DNA from: Bacillota bacterium
Lineage (GTDB): Bacteria > Bacillota > Dehalobacteriia > UBA4068
DNA length: 64,000 nt
Assembly (NCBI GenBank): GCA_036733985.1
Contig: DAIMZM010000001.1
Coordinates: 36 to 64,035, forward strand
Direction of reading: 5' to 3'
Shown here: positions 1 to 8,969 of the stretch, in pieces
Layout of the letters: each line of letters begins with the position of its first letter
How positions within the stretch are numbered: the stretch's first letter is position 1
Notes under the pieces: generated by a model
Databases searched by the model: none
What the model saw: the letters and a program-made list of their open reading frames with translations, nothing else
Told to the model about the DNA's origin: nothing
Position numbers and translations under genes: made by a program

Positions 1-115
1 CGGAAGCTGCCCTGGAATTATATGACCGCACTGTGGAGATGCTGGCCTGGCTGCGCGGCTTCCAGCCCCCCACCGTGGCCATGACCCCGGAACTGGCAAG
101 GGGGGCGTCGCTATG
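1..115 (+). CDS. 3' end of an unidentified gene, 5' truncated by the window edge; C-terminus ...EAALELYDRTVEMLAWLRGFQPPTVAMTPELARGASL
   Basis: Frame-3 open from window start to TGA at 113-115; GC-rich third codon positions typical of this genome. Confidence 0.35.
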
Positions 116-289
116 AGCCGGGCTTTTGTCAGCGAAAACGACGGCTGGCAGCGCTGCCTCCTGAAAATGGAGGACTGCATGTTCGCCGATGAATCAGGCC
201 GCTGCATCCTCCATTACTGCAAAAAGCATGGGGAAGCGCCGCCCAAACCCCCGGCCCGGCCGGCAGCGGCAGAAAAAGCAGAACCCTAA
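113..289 (+). CDS. small Cys-containing hypothetical protein, 58 aa (MSRAFVSENDGWQRCLLKMEDCMFADESGRCILHYCKKHGEAPPKPPARPAAAEKAEP)
   Basis: ATGA start/stop overlap with upstream gene; GC3-rich codons; followed directly by an intrinsic terminator; below the 60-aa cutoff of the ORF track. Confidence 0.35.
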   Translation: MSRAFVSENDGWQRCLLKMEDCMFADESGRCILHYCKKHGEAPPKPPARPAAAEKAEP

Positions 290-316
290 CAGCCCGCCAG
301 CCGGGCTGTTGTTTTG
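290..316 (+). terminator. rho-independent terminator (CAGCCCG-CCAG-CCGGGCTG then TTGTTTTG)
   Basis: GC hairpin with T-tract immediately after the stop at 287-289. Confidence 0.6.
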
Positions 317-388
317 CATACAAAAATCGTTATTATGCCTAAAAGTTTTTTATTAGTTGGAATATTATCCGCCAAAAACCATAAACAG

Positions 389-417
389 TTGAAACTTTCC
401 CAGGTTAGTGATAGTAT
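389..417 (+). promoter_or_regulatory. sigma-A type promoter for the aminotransferase/serA operon (TTGAAA-17-TAGTAT)
   Basis: -35/-10 hexamers with 17-bp spacer inside the AT-rich region upstream of the ATG at 479. Confidence 0.45.
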
Positions 418-478
418 TAGAAATAGTTTACAAGGCAAAGATAGTGCCGGTAACGATTATTTTTCAGGAGGAGAAAGA

Positions 479-1547
479 CATGCACAAACAGCTTTTTATC
501 CCCGGCCCAGTAGAGGTGCTGCCGGAAGTGCTGGCGAAAATGGCTGAACCCATGATCGGCCACCGCGGCAAAGCCTCTACGGAACTCCAGCAGCGTATCA
601 GCGAGAAGCTGCAAAAGGTGTTTTATACTGAAAACACCATCATCCTCTCCACCAGTTCCGGCTCTGGCCTAATGGAAAGCGCCGTCCGCTGCTGCTCCGC
701 CCAACGTGCTGCTGTCTTTTCCATCGGCGCCTTTGGCGACCGCTGGTATAAAATGGCTGTGGCCAACGGCAAAGCCGCGGACAAATTCCGCGCCCCGGAC
801 GGCCAGGCCACTGCCGCGGCTGATGTGGACGCGGCCCTGGCTACCGGCAAATACGACCTGGTCACCCTCACCCATAACGAAACCAGCTCCGGCGTGATGA
901 ACCCCATCGCCGAGATCGCCGCTGCGGTCAAGAAATATCCGGACGTGATCTTCTGCGTGGACGCGGTGAGCTCCATGGGCGGCACCTATATCCCAGTGGA
1001 CGAGCTGGGCATCGATTACTGCATCACCTCCACCCAGAAATGCTTAGGGCTCCCTCCCGGCCTTTCCATCGCCTCCGTGTCAGAGAAAGCCTATGAGCGG
1101 GCCAAGACCGTGGAAAACCGCGGCCTCTACTTCGACGTGGTGGAGATCTACGACAAGGTGCGGAAAAACTACCAATACCCCTCCACTCCTTCCCTTTCCC
1201 ATTACTATGCCCTGGATTATCAGCTGGACCGCATCCTGGCAGAGGGCCTGGAAAACCGTTTCGCCCGCCATATCGCCATGGCCGAGCGGGTCCGGGCTTG
1301 GGCTGAGCAGTATTTCGCCCTGTTCTCGGACAAGCGTTATCTCTCCAACACCCTGACCACCATTGCCAATACCCGGGAAATCAGCGTGGCCGACCTGAAC
1401 AAAGCCCTGGCCACCCGGGGATTTGAAATCAGCAACGGTTACGGCGACCTGAAGGAAAAGACCTTCCGCATCGCCCATATGGCGGATTGCACCATGGACG
1501 ATATCAACAACGTGTTGAAGAATATCGAAGAAGTCCTGGGCCTGTAA
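479..1547 (+). CDS. class-V aminotransferase (AGXT/serine-pyruvate family; probable phosphoserine aminotransferase paired with serA)
   Basis: MHKQLFIPGPVEV... N-terminus and class-V aminotransferase-like sequence; AGGAGG RBS 8 nt upstream; the track's longer 408 start lacks an RBS. Confidence 0.85.
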
Positions 1548-1578
1548 CTGATAATCTGTAAAGTGAAAAAAGTCAAGG

Positions 1579-1605
1579 CCGGGGAGGGGCTCCCCTGCTC
1601 CCCGG
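1579..1605 (+). other. GC-rich intergenic hairpin (CCGGGGAG...CTCCCCGG) between aminotransferase and serA, no T-tract
   Basis: 8-bp perfect stem read directly; possible mRNA processing/stability element. Confidence 0.4.
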
Positions 1606-1629
1606 CGCAATCATAAAGGAGATGCGATT

Positions 1630-2538
1630 ATGATCAGAATCCTTGCCAGCGACGGCATGCAGGCCGACGCGGTAAAAGCCCTGCAGGATAAGGGCTATGA
1701 GGTTACCCAGCAGTTTTATGAACCGGAAGAACTGGCCGAGCAGGTCAAGAATTATGATGTTCTGGTAGTCCGTTCCGCCACCAAGGTTCGGGAACCCATC
1801 ATTGACGCGGCCCTGGCCACCAACCGCTTGAAGCTGGTCATCCGGGGCGGCGTGGGCATTGACAATATCGACGCCAAGTACGCGGAAGCCAAAGGCATCA
1901 AAGTCACCAACACCCCCAAGGCTTCTTCCGCTTCCGTGGCTGAGCTGGCCCTGGGACATATGTTCTGCCTGGCCCGCTATATCGCCATCGCCAATGTGAC
2001 CATGAAGAACGGCGAATGGAACAAGAAGAAATACGAGGGCAGCGAGCTTTCCGGCAAGACCTTGGGCCTGATCGGCATGGGCCGGATCGCCCAGGAATTG
2101 GCCAAGCGCGCAGCGGCTCTGGGCATGGACGTCATCTACACCGATCTTTTGGGCGCCAATAGCAGCCTGCCTTATCAATTCGTCAGCCAGGAAGAGGTCT
2201 TGCAAAAGGCTGATTTCATCTCCCTGCATATCCCGGCTCCCGCTGACAAAAAGCCGGTCATCGCCGGCGCTGAGCTGGCCATGATGAAGCCCACCGCTTT
2301 CCTGGTCAATACGGCCCGGGGCGCGCTGATCGACACCAACGCCCTTTGCGACGCTTTGGATAACGGCGTCATCGCCGGCGCGGCCCTGGACGTGTTCCCG
2401 GCCGAGCCTGCCACTGACGAACGTGTGCTGAAGCATCCCAAGATCTCCCTGACCCCCCATATCGGCGGCTCCACTGCCGAGGCCCAGCTGCGGATCGGTG
2501 CGGAAATCGTTGATATCATTGAAAATTTCTTCAAATAA
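1630..2538 (+). CDS. serA: D-3-phosphoglycerate dehydrogenase (short form, 2-hydroxyacid dehydrogenase family)
   Basis: Rossmann GLIGMGRIAQELAKRA motif, D-isomer 2-hydroxyacid dehydrogenase signature; RBS AAGGAG. Confidence 0.9.
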   Translation: MIRILASDGMQADAVKALQDKGYEVTQQFYEPEELAEQVKNYDVLVVRSATKVREPIIDAALATNRLKLVIRGGVGIDNIDAKYAEAKGIKVTNTPKASSASVAELALGHMFCLARYIAIANVTMKNGEWNKKKYEGSELSGKTLGLIGMGRIAQELAKRAAALGMDVIYTDLLGANSSLPYQFVSQEEVLQKADFISLHIPAPADKKPVIAGAELAMMKPTAFLVNTARGALIDTNALCDALDNGVIAGAALDVFPAEPATDERVLKHPKISLTPHIGGSTAEAQLRIGAEIVDIIENFFK

Positions 2539-2562
2539 GCAATGACTGTTAAGCAATGAGAT

Positions 2563-2660
2563 TCCCAAACCGTTCCTGATACGGGGCCAGCCTTGCCTGC
2601 AGGCGTTTAGCCTGGGCGATGAAGGGCTTCCCCCATTGGGAACGGTTTTGCTTTCAGCTT
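2563..2660 (+). other. structured non-coding element: 10-bp stem (AAACCGTTCC/GGAACGGTTT) enclosing a 59-nt branched loop, followed by a T-rich tract
   Basis: Long-range complementarity read directly; no ORF longer than 10 codons on either strand. Confidence 0.35.
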
Positions 2661-2695
2661 GCTTTGGAAAATCTGATCCGAAAAGGAGTTAAGCA

Positions 2696-3937
2696 ATGGC
2701 AACTGTTAGACCTTTCAAAGCGGTGCGGCCCCAGCCTGAGCTGGCGGCAAAAGTAGCGGCCCTGCCCTATGACGTCATGAATTCCGACGAGGCCAGGGAG
2801 ATGGTGCAAGATAACGCCCATTCCTTCCTCCATGTGGACAAGGCTGAGATCGATTTGCCCAGGGAAACCCACCTTTATGACGCGGCGGTCTATGAATGCG
2901 CCGCCACCAAGCTGAGAAAAATGATCGAAGACGGTACTTTCCTCCGGGAAGACAAGCCCTGCTATTATATTTACCGCCAGGTGATGGCCGGCCGGGCCCA
3001 GACCGGCATTGTGGGCTGCGCCGCCATTGACGACTATCTCAGCAATGTGATCAAAAAGCATGAGCTGACCCGGGCGGACAAAGAAGAGGACCGCTGCAAC
3101 CATGTGGATTATTGCGACGCCAACACCGGCCCGATCTTCCTCACCTACCGGGCCCGGAAAGCCATTAACGACGTGGTGGACAAAGTCACCGCCACCCAGC
3201 CGGTTTATGATTTCCAGGCCGACGGCGTCCAGCAGACCGTATGGGTGATCCGGGACGACCAGGATATCAGCCTGATCAGCCGGGAATTTAGCGCCACTCC
3301 CAGCCTCTATATTGCCGACGGCCATCACCGCAGCGCTTCCGCGGTGCGGATCGGCAGAAAGCGCCGGGTGCAGCGCCCCGGTTATACCGGCGACGAGGAA
3401 TTCAATTATTTCCTCTCCGTGCTGTTCCCTGATGAGCAGCTCTATATCATGGATTATAACCGGGTGGTCAAGGATTTGAACGGGCTTAGCGAAGACCAGT
3501 TCAAGGAAAAGATCGCCGAGAAGTTCACCGTGGAGCCCTATAGCGGCCAAGGCCCCTGCCGCCCGGCGGAGCAGCACAGCTTCGGCATGTATTTAGGCGG
3601 CAAATGGTATCTGCTCCGGGCCAAAGCCGGCAGCTACGATGCGCAAGACCCGGTGAAGAGCCTGGATGTGTCCATCCTCCAGGAAAACCTGCTCCACCCC
3701 ATCCTGGGCATTGGCGATCCCCGCACGGATAAGCGCATCGATTTTATCGGCGGCATCCGGGGCCTGGGCGAATTGGAGAAGCGGGTCAAAGAAGGCATGG
3801 CCGTGGCTTTCGCCATGCATCCCACCACCATTGACCAGCTGATCAGCATTGCCGACGCCGGCCTGATCATGCCCCCCAAATCCACCTGGTTCGAGCCCAA
3901 GCTCCTTTCCGGTTTGTTTGTGCATGAACTGAGCTGA
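2696..3937 (+). CDS. DUF1015 family protein
   Basis: SLYIADGHHR motif and overall DUF1015-like sequence; ser-gene neighbourhood typical of the family. Confidence 0.85.
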   Translation: MATVRPFKAVRPQPELAAKVAALPYDVMNSDEAREMVQDNAHSFLHVDKAEIDLPRETHLYDAAVYECAATKLRKMIEDGTFLREDKPCYYIYRQVMAGRAQTGIVGCAAIDDYLSNVIKKHELTRADKEEDRCNHVDYCDANTGPIFLTYRARKAINDVVDKVTATQPVYDFQADGVQQTVWVIRDDQDISLISREFSATPSLYIADGHHRSASAVRIGRKRRVQRPGYTGDEEFNYFLSVLFPDEQLYIMDYNRVVKDLNGLSEDQFKEKIAEKFTVEPYSGQGPCRPAEQHSFGMYLGGKWYLLRAKAGSYDAQDPVKSLDVSILQENLLHPILGIGDPRTDKRIDFIGGIRGLGELEKRVKEGMAVAFAMHPTTIDQLISIADAGLIMPPKSTWFEPKLLSGLFVHELS

Positions 3938-3963
3938 ATCGCTGAAAAAGACATGGAACGTCA

Positions 3964-4000
3964 GGGGAACAAGCGTTAAGCAGCTTGTTCCCCGTTTTTT
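3964..4000 (+). terminator. rho-independent terminator (GGGGAACAAGC-loop-GCTTGTTCCCC then TTTTTT)
   Basis: 11-bp stem plus T6 right after the DUF1015 stop. Confidence 0.8.
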
Positions 4001-4053
4001 CAGCGTTACGAAGCACGAAGGCTGAGCCAGTAAAGCATTTGCCGTAAAATCAA

Positions 4054-4080
4054 GGCCGGGGCATGCGCCCCGGCCTTTTG
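4054..4080. terminator. second hairpin (GGCCGGGGC-ATG-CGCCCCGGCC) with flanking T-tracts, terminating the convergent minus-strand feo operon
   Basis: GC stem with TTTTG on plus strand and T-rich run on minus strand. Confidence 0.55.
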
Positions 4081-4094
4081 GCTATTTCTTTTTA

Positions 4095-4265
4095 CTATTC
4101 CTTTTCGCCCTTCTTGGCTATGGGGCAGCAGCCGCATTGGTCGCCGCCGGAACAGCCGGAACATCCGGAACAACCGCCCTGGCGGCGCCTGCGGACAATG
4201 CTGACTACAGCCCCGGCCACAGCAATCCCGATCAAGAGGATCAGCAAAATATCAATACCGTTCAT
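4095..4265 (-). CDS. FeoB-associated Cys-rich membrane micro-protein, 56 aa (MNGIDILLILLIGIAVAGAVVSIVRRRRQGGCSGCSGCSGGDQCGCCPIAKKGEKE)
   Basis: Starts 9 nt after the feoB stop; N-terminal TM helix then CSGCSGCSG...CGCC tail; absent from the ORF track (below 60 aa). Confidence 0.7.
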   Translation of the reverse strand: MNGIDILLILLIGIAVAGAVVSIVRRRRQGGCSGCSGCSGGDQCGCCPIAKKGEKE

Positions 4266-4274
4266 CAAATCACC

Positions 4275-6281
4275 TCACATCACCAGACGGGCCGCCTGAT
4301 AAACCAGGGCGCCCACGACCCAGGCAACCGTACATTGGAGAACCACCACCCCCAGGGTGGCCAGGCGGGAATCCAGCTCCCGGCGGATGGTGGCCACGGC
4401 AGCGGCACAAGGGGTATAGAGCAGCGTGAAGACCAGGAAGCTTAAAGCGGAAGCGCTGGTAAACAAGGCGGAAAGGGCGCCGCCCAGCTGGGCCACGCTG
4501 GTATCCAGCAGTACGGCCAGGGTGCTGACCACAGCCTCCTTGGCGGTAAAGCCGGTGATCAGCGCCGTGGCCACCCGCCAATCCGCAGAACCCAGGGGCG
4601 CCAGCACCGGGGCGATCCATTGGCCCACCAGGGCCAGCAGGCTGGCTTCCCCGGCAGCCACCACATTCAGCCGGGTATCAAAGCTGCGCAGGAACCAGAT
4701 GATAATGGTGGCCACGAAAATGATGGTAAAGGCCCGCTGCAGAAAATCCCGGGCCTTTTCCCAAAGCAGCAGGAGCACGCTTTTGGCGGAAGGCAGGCGG
4801 TAATTAGGCAGCTCCATCACAAAGGGGGCCGGGCGGCCCCGGAAAGCCCAACCCTTGAGCAGCAGGGCCATGACAATGGCCAGAAGTACGCCGCCTAAGT
4901 AGAGGCCCATCATCACCAGGGCCTGGTAACGCTGGAAAAAGGCCGCGCAAAACACCGCGTAAATGGGGATTTTGGCCGAGCAGCTCATGAAGGGGATCAG
5001 CAGGATGGTCATGCGCCGGTCCCGCTCCGAAGGCATGGTGCGGGAAGCCATCACCGCCGGCACTGAGCAGCCGAAGCCGATCAGCATCGGCACAAAGCTG
5101 CGGCCGGATAAGCCCAGCCGGCGCAGGGGTTTATCCATAATGAAGGCGGCCCGGGCCATATAGCCCGTATCTTCCAGCACGGCCAGGAAGAAGAACAGGG
5201 TGACGATCAGGGGCAGGAAGGAGAGCACGCTGCCCACCCCGGCAAAGACGCCGTCGATGATCAGGCTCTGCATCACCGGATTAATGCCGTAAAGGGTCAG
5301 GCCCTGATCCACCAGGCCGGTAAGCTGGTCGATGCCTAAGGACAGCCACTCCGAGAGCCGGTTGCCGATCACCTCGAAAGTCAGCCAGAAGACCAGGAAC
5401 ATTACGGCCAGAAAAACCGGGATGGCGGTATATTTGCCGGTGAGCAGCCGGTCTGCCTGGCGGCTGCGGCGGTGTTCCCGGCTTTCCCCGCCCTTGTTGA
5501 CGCTGGCCGCCACCACGCCCTCAATAAAGGTATAGCGCATATCCGCCAGGGCCGCGTTCCGGTCCAGGCCGGTCTCATGCTCCATTTCGACGATGCTATG
5601 TTCCAGCAGATCCAGCTCGTTTTGGTTCAGCTCCAGCTGGTCGGTGATGGCCCCGTCCCCTTCGATCAGCTTGGTGGCGGCGAAGCGGGGCGGCAGCTGG
5701 GCCCGGCGGGCATGATCCTCCACCTGATGGGCCACGCTGTGGATGCAGCGGTGCACCGGCCCGTCCGGGCAAAAGTCCAGTCGCTGGGGCAGCTGGCGGC
5801 TGCGGGCGGTTTCCTGCATACGCTGGGCCAGTTCCGCCACACCCTCGCCCTTGGCGGCGCAAATCGGCACTACCGGCACGCCCAGGGCTGCCGAGAGGCC
5901 GGCCACATCCACGCTGCCGCCATTGCCCCGCAATTCATCCATCATATTTAAAGCCACCACCATGGGCAGCTGTAATTCCAGCAATTGCAGGGTCAGGTAA
6001 AGGTTCCGCTCAATATTGGTGGCGTCCAGGATATTGATGATGCCGTCGGGATGCTGGTTGATGATAAAATCCCTGGCCACGATCTCCTCATTGGTATAGG
6101 GGCGGAGGGAGTAAATACCCGGCAGATCTACCAGCACGCTGTCTTTCAGGTTGCGGATCCGGCCGCTTTTTTGCTCCACCGTGACGCCGGGAAAATTGCC
6201 CACATGCTGGTTGGCCCCGGTCAGGGCATTGAAAAGCGTGGTCTTGCCGGAGTTTTGATTACCGGCCAGCGCAAAGATCAT
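4275..6281 (-). CDS. feoB: ferrous iron transport protein B
   Basis: N-terminal GTPase GNQNSGKTTLFNALTG, large polytopic C-terminal domain. Confidence 0.95.
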   Translation of the reverse strand: MIFALAGNQNSGKTTLFNALTGANQHVGNFPGVTVEQKSGRIRNLKDSVLVDLPGIYSLRPYTNEEIVARDFIINQHPDGIINILDATNIERNLYLTLQLLELQLPMVVALNMMDELRGNGGSVDVAGLSAALGVPVVPICAAKGEGVAELAQRMQETARSRQLPQRLDFCPDGPVHRCIHSVAHQVEDHARRAQLPPRFAATKLIEGDGAITDQLELNQNELDLLEHSIVEMEHETGLDRNAALADMRYTFIEGVVAASVNKGGESREHRRSRQADRLLTGKYTAIPVFLAVMFLVFWLTFEVIGNRLSEWLSLGIDQLTGLVDQGLTLYGINPVMQSLIIDGVFAGVGSVLSFLPLIVTLFFFLAVLEDTGYMARAAFIMDKPLRRLGLSGRSFVPMLIGFGCSVPAVMASRTMPSERDRRMTILLIPFMSCSAKIPIYAVFCAAFFQRYQALVMMGLYLGGVLLAIVMALLLKGWAFRGRPAPFVMELPNYRLPSAKSVLLLLWEKARDFLQRAFTIIFVATIIIWFLRSFDTRLNVVAAGEASLLALVGQWIAPVLAPLGSADWRVATALITGFTAKEAVVSTLAVLLDTSVAQLGGALSALFTSASALSFLVFTLLYTPCAAAVATIRRELDSRLATLGVVVLQCTVAWVVGALVYQAARLVM

Positions 6282-6519
6282 GGTCTTCTCCCCCGCTCTC
6301 CGCCTCGATTTCGATCATTCGGGCATCCTCCTTGCGCAGGGTCAGCTCATAGCCGCGCAAGCGCAATTCCAGGGGATCGCCCAGGGGCGCGGTTTTTTCC
6401 AGCTTCACTTTGGTGCGGGGGATCAGCCCCATATCCAATAAGCGCAGCCTTAATGCGCCTTCGCCCCCTACCGCCCGGATCCTGGCGGTAGCGCCGATCT
6501 GTAATTGATCCAGCGTCAT
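6259..6519 (-). CDS. feoA: ferrous iron transport protein A (FeoA domain)
   Basis: FeoA SH3-like domain sequence; AGGAGG RBS; start corrected from the track ORF, which runs through the promoter. Confidence 0.8.
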   Translation of the reverse strand: MTLDQLQIGATARIRAVGGEGALRLRLLDMGLIPRTKVKLEKTAPLGDPLELRLRGYELTLRKEDARMIEIEAESGGEDHDLCAGR

Positions 6520-6556
6520 TTCAGCAGCCCTCCTTATTTGTCCTTCTTGCCACTCT

Positions 6557-6585
6557 AAGTTAGCATACCCTAACCCTTTTGTCAA
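6557..6585 (-). promoter_or_regulatory. feoAB promoter (TTGACA-17-TAACTT)
   Basis: Consensus -35, 17-bp spacer, reasonable -10, about 40 nt upstream of the feoA ATG. Confidence 0.5.
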
Positions 6586-6588
6586 GAG

Positions 6589-6615
6589 CCGGGCAAATTG
6601 TTCAGAATTTGCCGG
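6589..6615 (-). promoter_or_regulatory. near-perfect palindrome CCGG(G)CAAATT-gttcag-AATTTGCCGG abutting the feoA -35; candidate metal-regulator operator
   Basis: 10-bp inverted repeat with one bulge read directly; does not match the canonical 19-bp Fur box. Confidence 0.4.
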
Positions 6616-6698
6616 AAAAGGCAATAACTTGTCTATTTAACTGGTAACCGCCGGCTAAAGGCCCGTTTCAGGGGCGGTTCCTAAGCCGCCCCTGCCCT

Positions 6699-6731
6699 GA
6701 GCAAAACAAAGGGCCGGATCAATTCCGGCCC
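6699..6731 (-). terminator. terminator of the MFS gene (GGGCCGGAATTGATCCGGCCC then TTTGTTTTG); the stop codon lies in the loop
   Basis: Hairpin plus T-tract on minus strand; a second GC hairpin at 6671-6692. Confidence 0.65.
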
Positions 6732-7915
6732 TTCTTACTCTCCGCCGCCGCTATGGGCAGCCGGGGCAGCAGGAGCGCTAGCAGCGGCACGATCAGCAGC
6801 AGCGCGCCTGCCAGCAGAAACATCTTTTGATAACTATCGCCGGAAAGGGGTATCACCACCCAGGCAGGCAGAACCAGCGCGCCCAGCATCTGTAAAGTGC
6901 AGAGCAGGCCGCCGCCGGTGCCGCCGTATGTAGCGCCGATTTCCGGCAACAGGGCCGGCAGGGAGAGCAGCAAGGGGAACAGGCCGCCCAAAGCCGCGCC
7001 TCCCAGGAAGAACAGCGCCCGCATCAGCCAGCCCACCGGAACCATCCAAACCCAGGCCACGCAGGCGCCGTAAACCAGGGCGGCCGCGGCGATCGTCAGG
7101 CGGTAGCCGCCCCGCCGCTGCACCAGCAGCGGGAAGAGCAGCGCGCCTGTCAGGTTGCCGGCCATTAACACGGAGACCAGGCCGCCGGCGGCGGAAGCGG
7201 TGATATGATGGTAGTCTGCCACAGCCGCTGGCAGCAAAGAGGCGGCCAGGGTGCAAACACCGGAAACCAGAAATATTGCCAGCGCAGCCAGCCAGAGGCC
7301 CCGGCAGCGCAGCGCCGTCCGCAGGCAGTCGGCAAAGGCCGGCTCTTCCCTGCTCCGGAGGCTGGGGGGCGGGCCCTGGAACAGCAGGAGAAAGCTGAGG
7401 AACGTCGCCACGAGCAGCACGGCCCCGGCCAGATAGGCGGCCCCCAGGCCGGGCAGCAGCACGGTGGTACCGGTGCCGGCCAGCATACCCAGGGAACTGG
7501 CGCTGAGCACCAGAGCCCCGGCCATGCCTACCCGCTCCGGGCCGACCTGCCCCCGGATAGCCTTGGCATAATTGCTGTAGAGGCAGGACATGCTCACGCC
7601 CAGCAGCAGCATTGAGCCGAAAAGGCCGCCGGCGTCGTTGCTGAAAACCCGCCAGACCATACCGGCGGCGCTGATCAGCAAACCGGTTACCAGCACCCGG
7701 CGTATGCCGAAGCAATCGCTGATCAGTCCGCTGGGCAGGGCCAGAAACATGCCGGGCAGCGCGGGCGCGGCAAAGATGGCGGCAAAGCGGGCCGGGCTGA
7801 CGGCATACTGGGCCATCACCGCGCCGGCCAAGGGAGAAAGCTGGTACTGGACATAGTTAATGGAGAAGAAGCCCAGGTAGAGTAATACCATGGTCCGTAT
7901 AGCGCTTTTAGTCAT
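6719..7915 (-). CDS. MFS transporter
   Basis: About 12 predicted TM segments, MFS-like loop motifs. Confidence 0.85.
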   Translation of the reverse strand: MTKSAIRTMVLLYLGFFSINYVQYQLSPLAGAVMAQYAVSPARFAAIFAAPALPGMFLALPSGLISDCFGIRRVLVTGLLISAAGMVWRVFSNDAGGLFGSMLLLGVSMSCLYSNYAKAIRGQVGPERVGMAGALVLSASSLGMLAGTGTTVLLPGLGAAYLAGAVLLVATFLSFLLLFQGPPPSLRSREEPAFADCLRTALRCRGLWLAALAIFLVSGVCTLAASLLPAAVADYHHITASAAGGLVSVLMAGNLTGALLFPLLVQRRGGYRLTIAAAALVYGACVAWVWMVPVGWLMRALFFLGGAALGGLFPLLLSLPALLPEIGATYGGTGGGLLCTLQMLGALVLPAWVVIPLSGDSYQKMFLLAGALLLIVPLLALLLPRLPIAAAESKKGRN

Positions 7916-7925
7916 GGCTGCCCCT

Positions 7926-7958
7926 CAATAAAAGCCGGGCCGGTCCCCAGACCGGCCC
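7926..7958 (-). terminator. terminator after the opp operon (GGGCCGGTC-CCCA-GACCGGCCC then TTTTATTG)
   Basis: 9-bp GC stem plus T-rich tail on minus strand. Confidence 0.6.
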
Positions 7959-7970
7959 GCATGGGAAAAG

Positions 7971-8969
7971 TTACAGCTCTGCCGGCGGGCCTGGGCATAA
8001 ATGGCAAGCCACCGTATGATCCGGGAACACCTGGGTCATCGCCGGCTCCTCTACCAGGCAGCGGTCAAAGGCAAAGGGGCAGCGGGTATGGAAGCGGCAG
8101 CCCCGGGGCACATTCACCGGGCTGGGGATCTCGCCCTGGGAGGGCACTTTATCCGGCTTCACCGCAGCCTCCTCCTTCAGCACCACCGGGATGGAGCTGA
8201 GCAGCATCTTGGTATAAGGGTGCTGGGGTTTCTGGAAGAAATCCGCCGTCGGGGCCATTTCCATGATGCGGCCCAGGTACATAATGGCGATGCGGTCGGA
8301 AATATTGCGCATCAGGCTCATATCATGGGTGATGAAAAGATAGGACATATTGAATTGCTGCCGCAGTTCCATCAGCTTGCCGATGATCTTGGCCTGGATG
8401 GAAACGTCCAGGGCCGAGGTGGGCTCATCCAGCACCATTAAGGTGGGATTGGTGGTCAGGGCCCGGGCAATGGCCACCAGCTGCTTCTCGCCGCCGCCTA
8501 AAGCCCGGGGGGATTTAAAAAAGCAATCCTGGGGCAGGTCCACGCTGTCCAGCAATTCCCGGATCCGCCCGTTGCGCTCTCCCCGGGGCACGATATGATG
8601 CACGGCCAAGGGCATGTGCAGGATCTCGCCGATGGAACGCTGGGGGTTCAGGGAGGTGCCCGGATCCTGGAAAACGATTTGGATCTCCCGCTTTAAGTCC
8701 ATGGCCCGCTGCTGAGCCGGCATGGAAATATCCCGGCCCTGGAAAGCGATGGCGCCGCTGGTGATGCCATGCATGCCCATGACGCAGTAGGCGGTGGTGC
8801 TTTTACCGGAGCCGCTTTCCCCCACCAGGCCTACCACCTCGTTCCGGCGGATCTTGAAGCTGACGTCGTCAATGGCCTTGACGAAGCGGCCTTTTTCCTT
8901 GGTGGGAAAATACTTCTTGAGCTTTTCCACCACCAGCACATCCTGTTGCTTCTCCCTGGGCTCAGTCAT
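7971..8969 (-). CDS. peptide/nickel ABC transporter ATP-binding protein (OppF-like)
   Basis: Walker A GESGSGKST, signature and C-terminal oligopeptide-ABC extension; start corrected to MTEPREK with 8-nt overlap to the upstream gene. Confidence 0.9.
   Translation of the reverse strand: MTEPREKQQDVLVVEKLKKYFPTKEKGRFVKAIDDVSFKIRRNEVVGLVGESGSGKSTTAYCVMGMHGITSGAIAFQGRDISMPAQQRAMDLKREIQIVFQDPGTSLNPQRSIGEILHMPLAVHHIVPRGERNGRIRELLDSVDLPQDCFFKSPRALGGGEKQLVAIARALTTNPTLMVLDEPTSALDVSIQAKIIGKLMELRQQFNMSYLFITHDMSLMRNISDRIAIMYLGRIMEMAPTADFFQKPQHPYTKMLLSSIPVVLKEEAAVKPDKVPSQGEIPSPVNVPRGCRFHTRCPFAFDRCLVEEPAMTQVFPDHTVACHLCPGPPAEL

Noticed and set aside
6589-6615. Canonical Fur box at the feoAB promoter
   Set aside because: The palindrome present does not match GATAATGATAATCATTATC. 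It is reported instead as an unknown operator.
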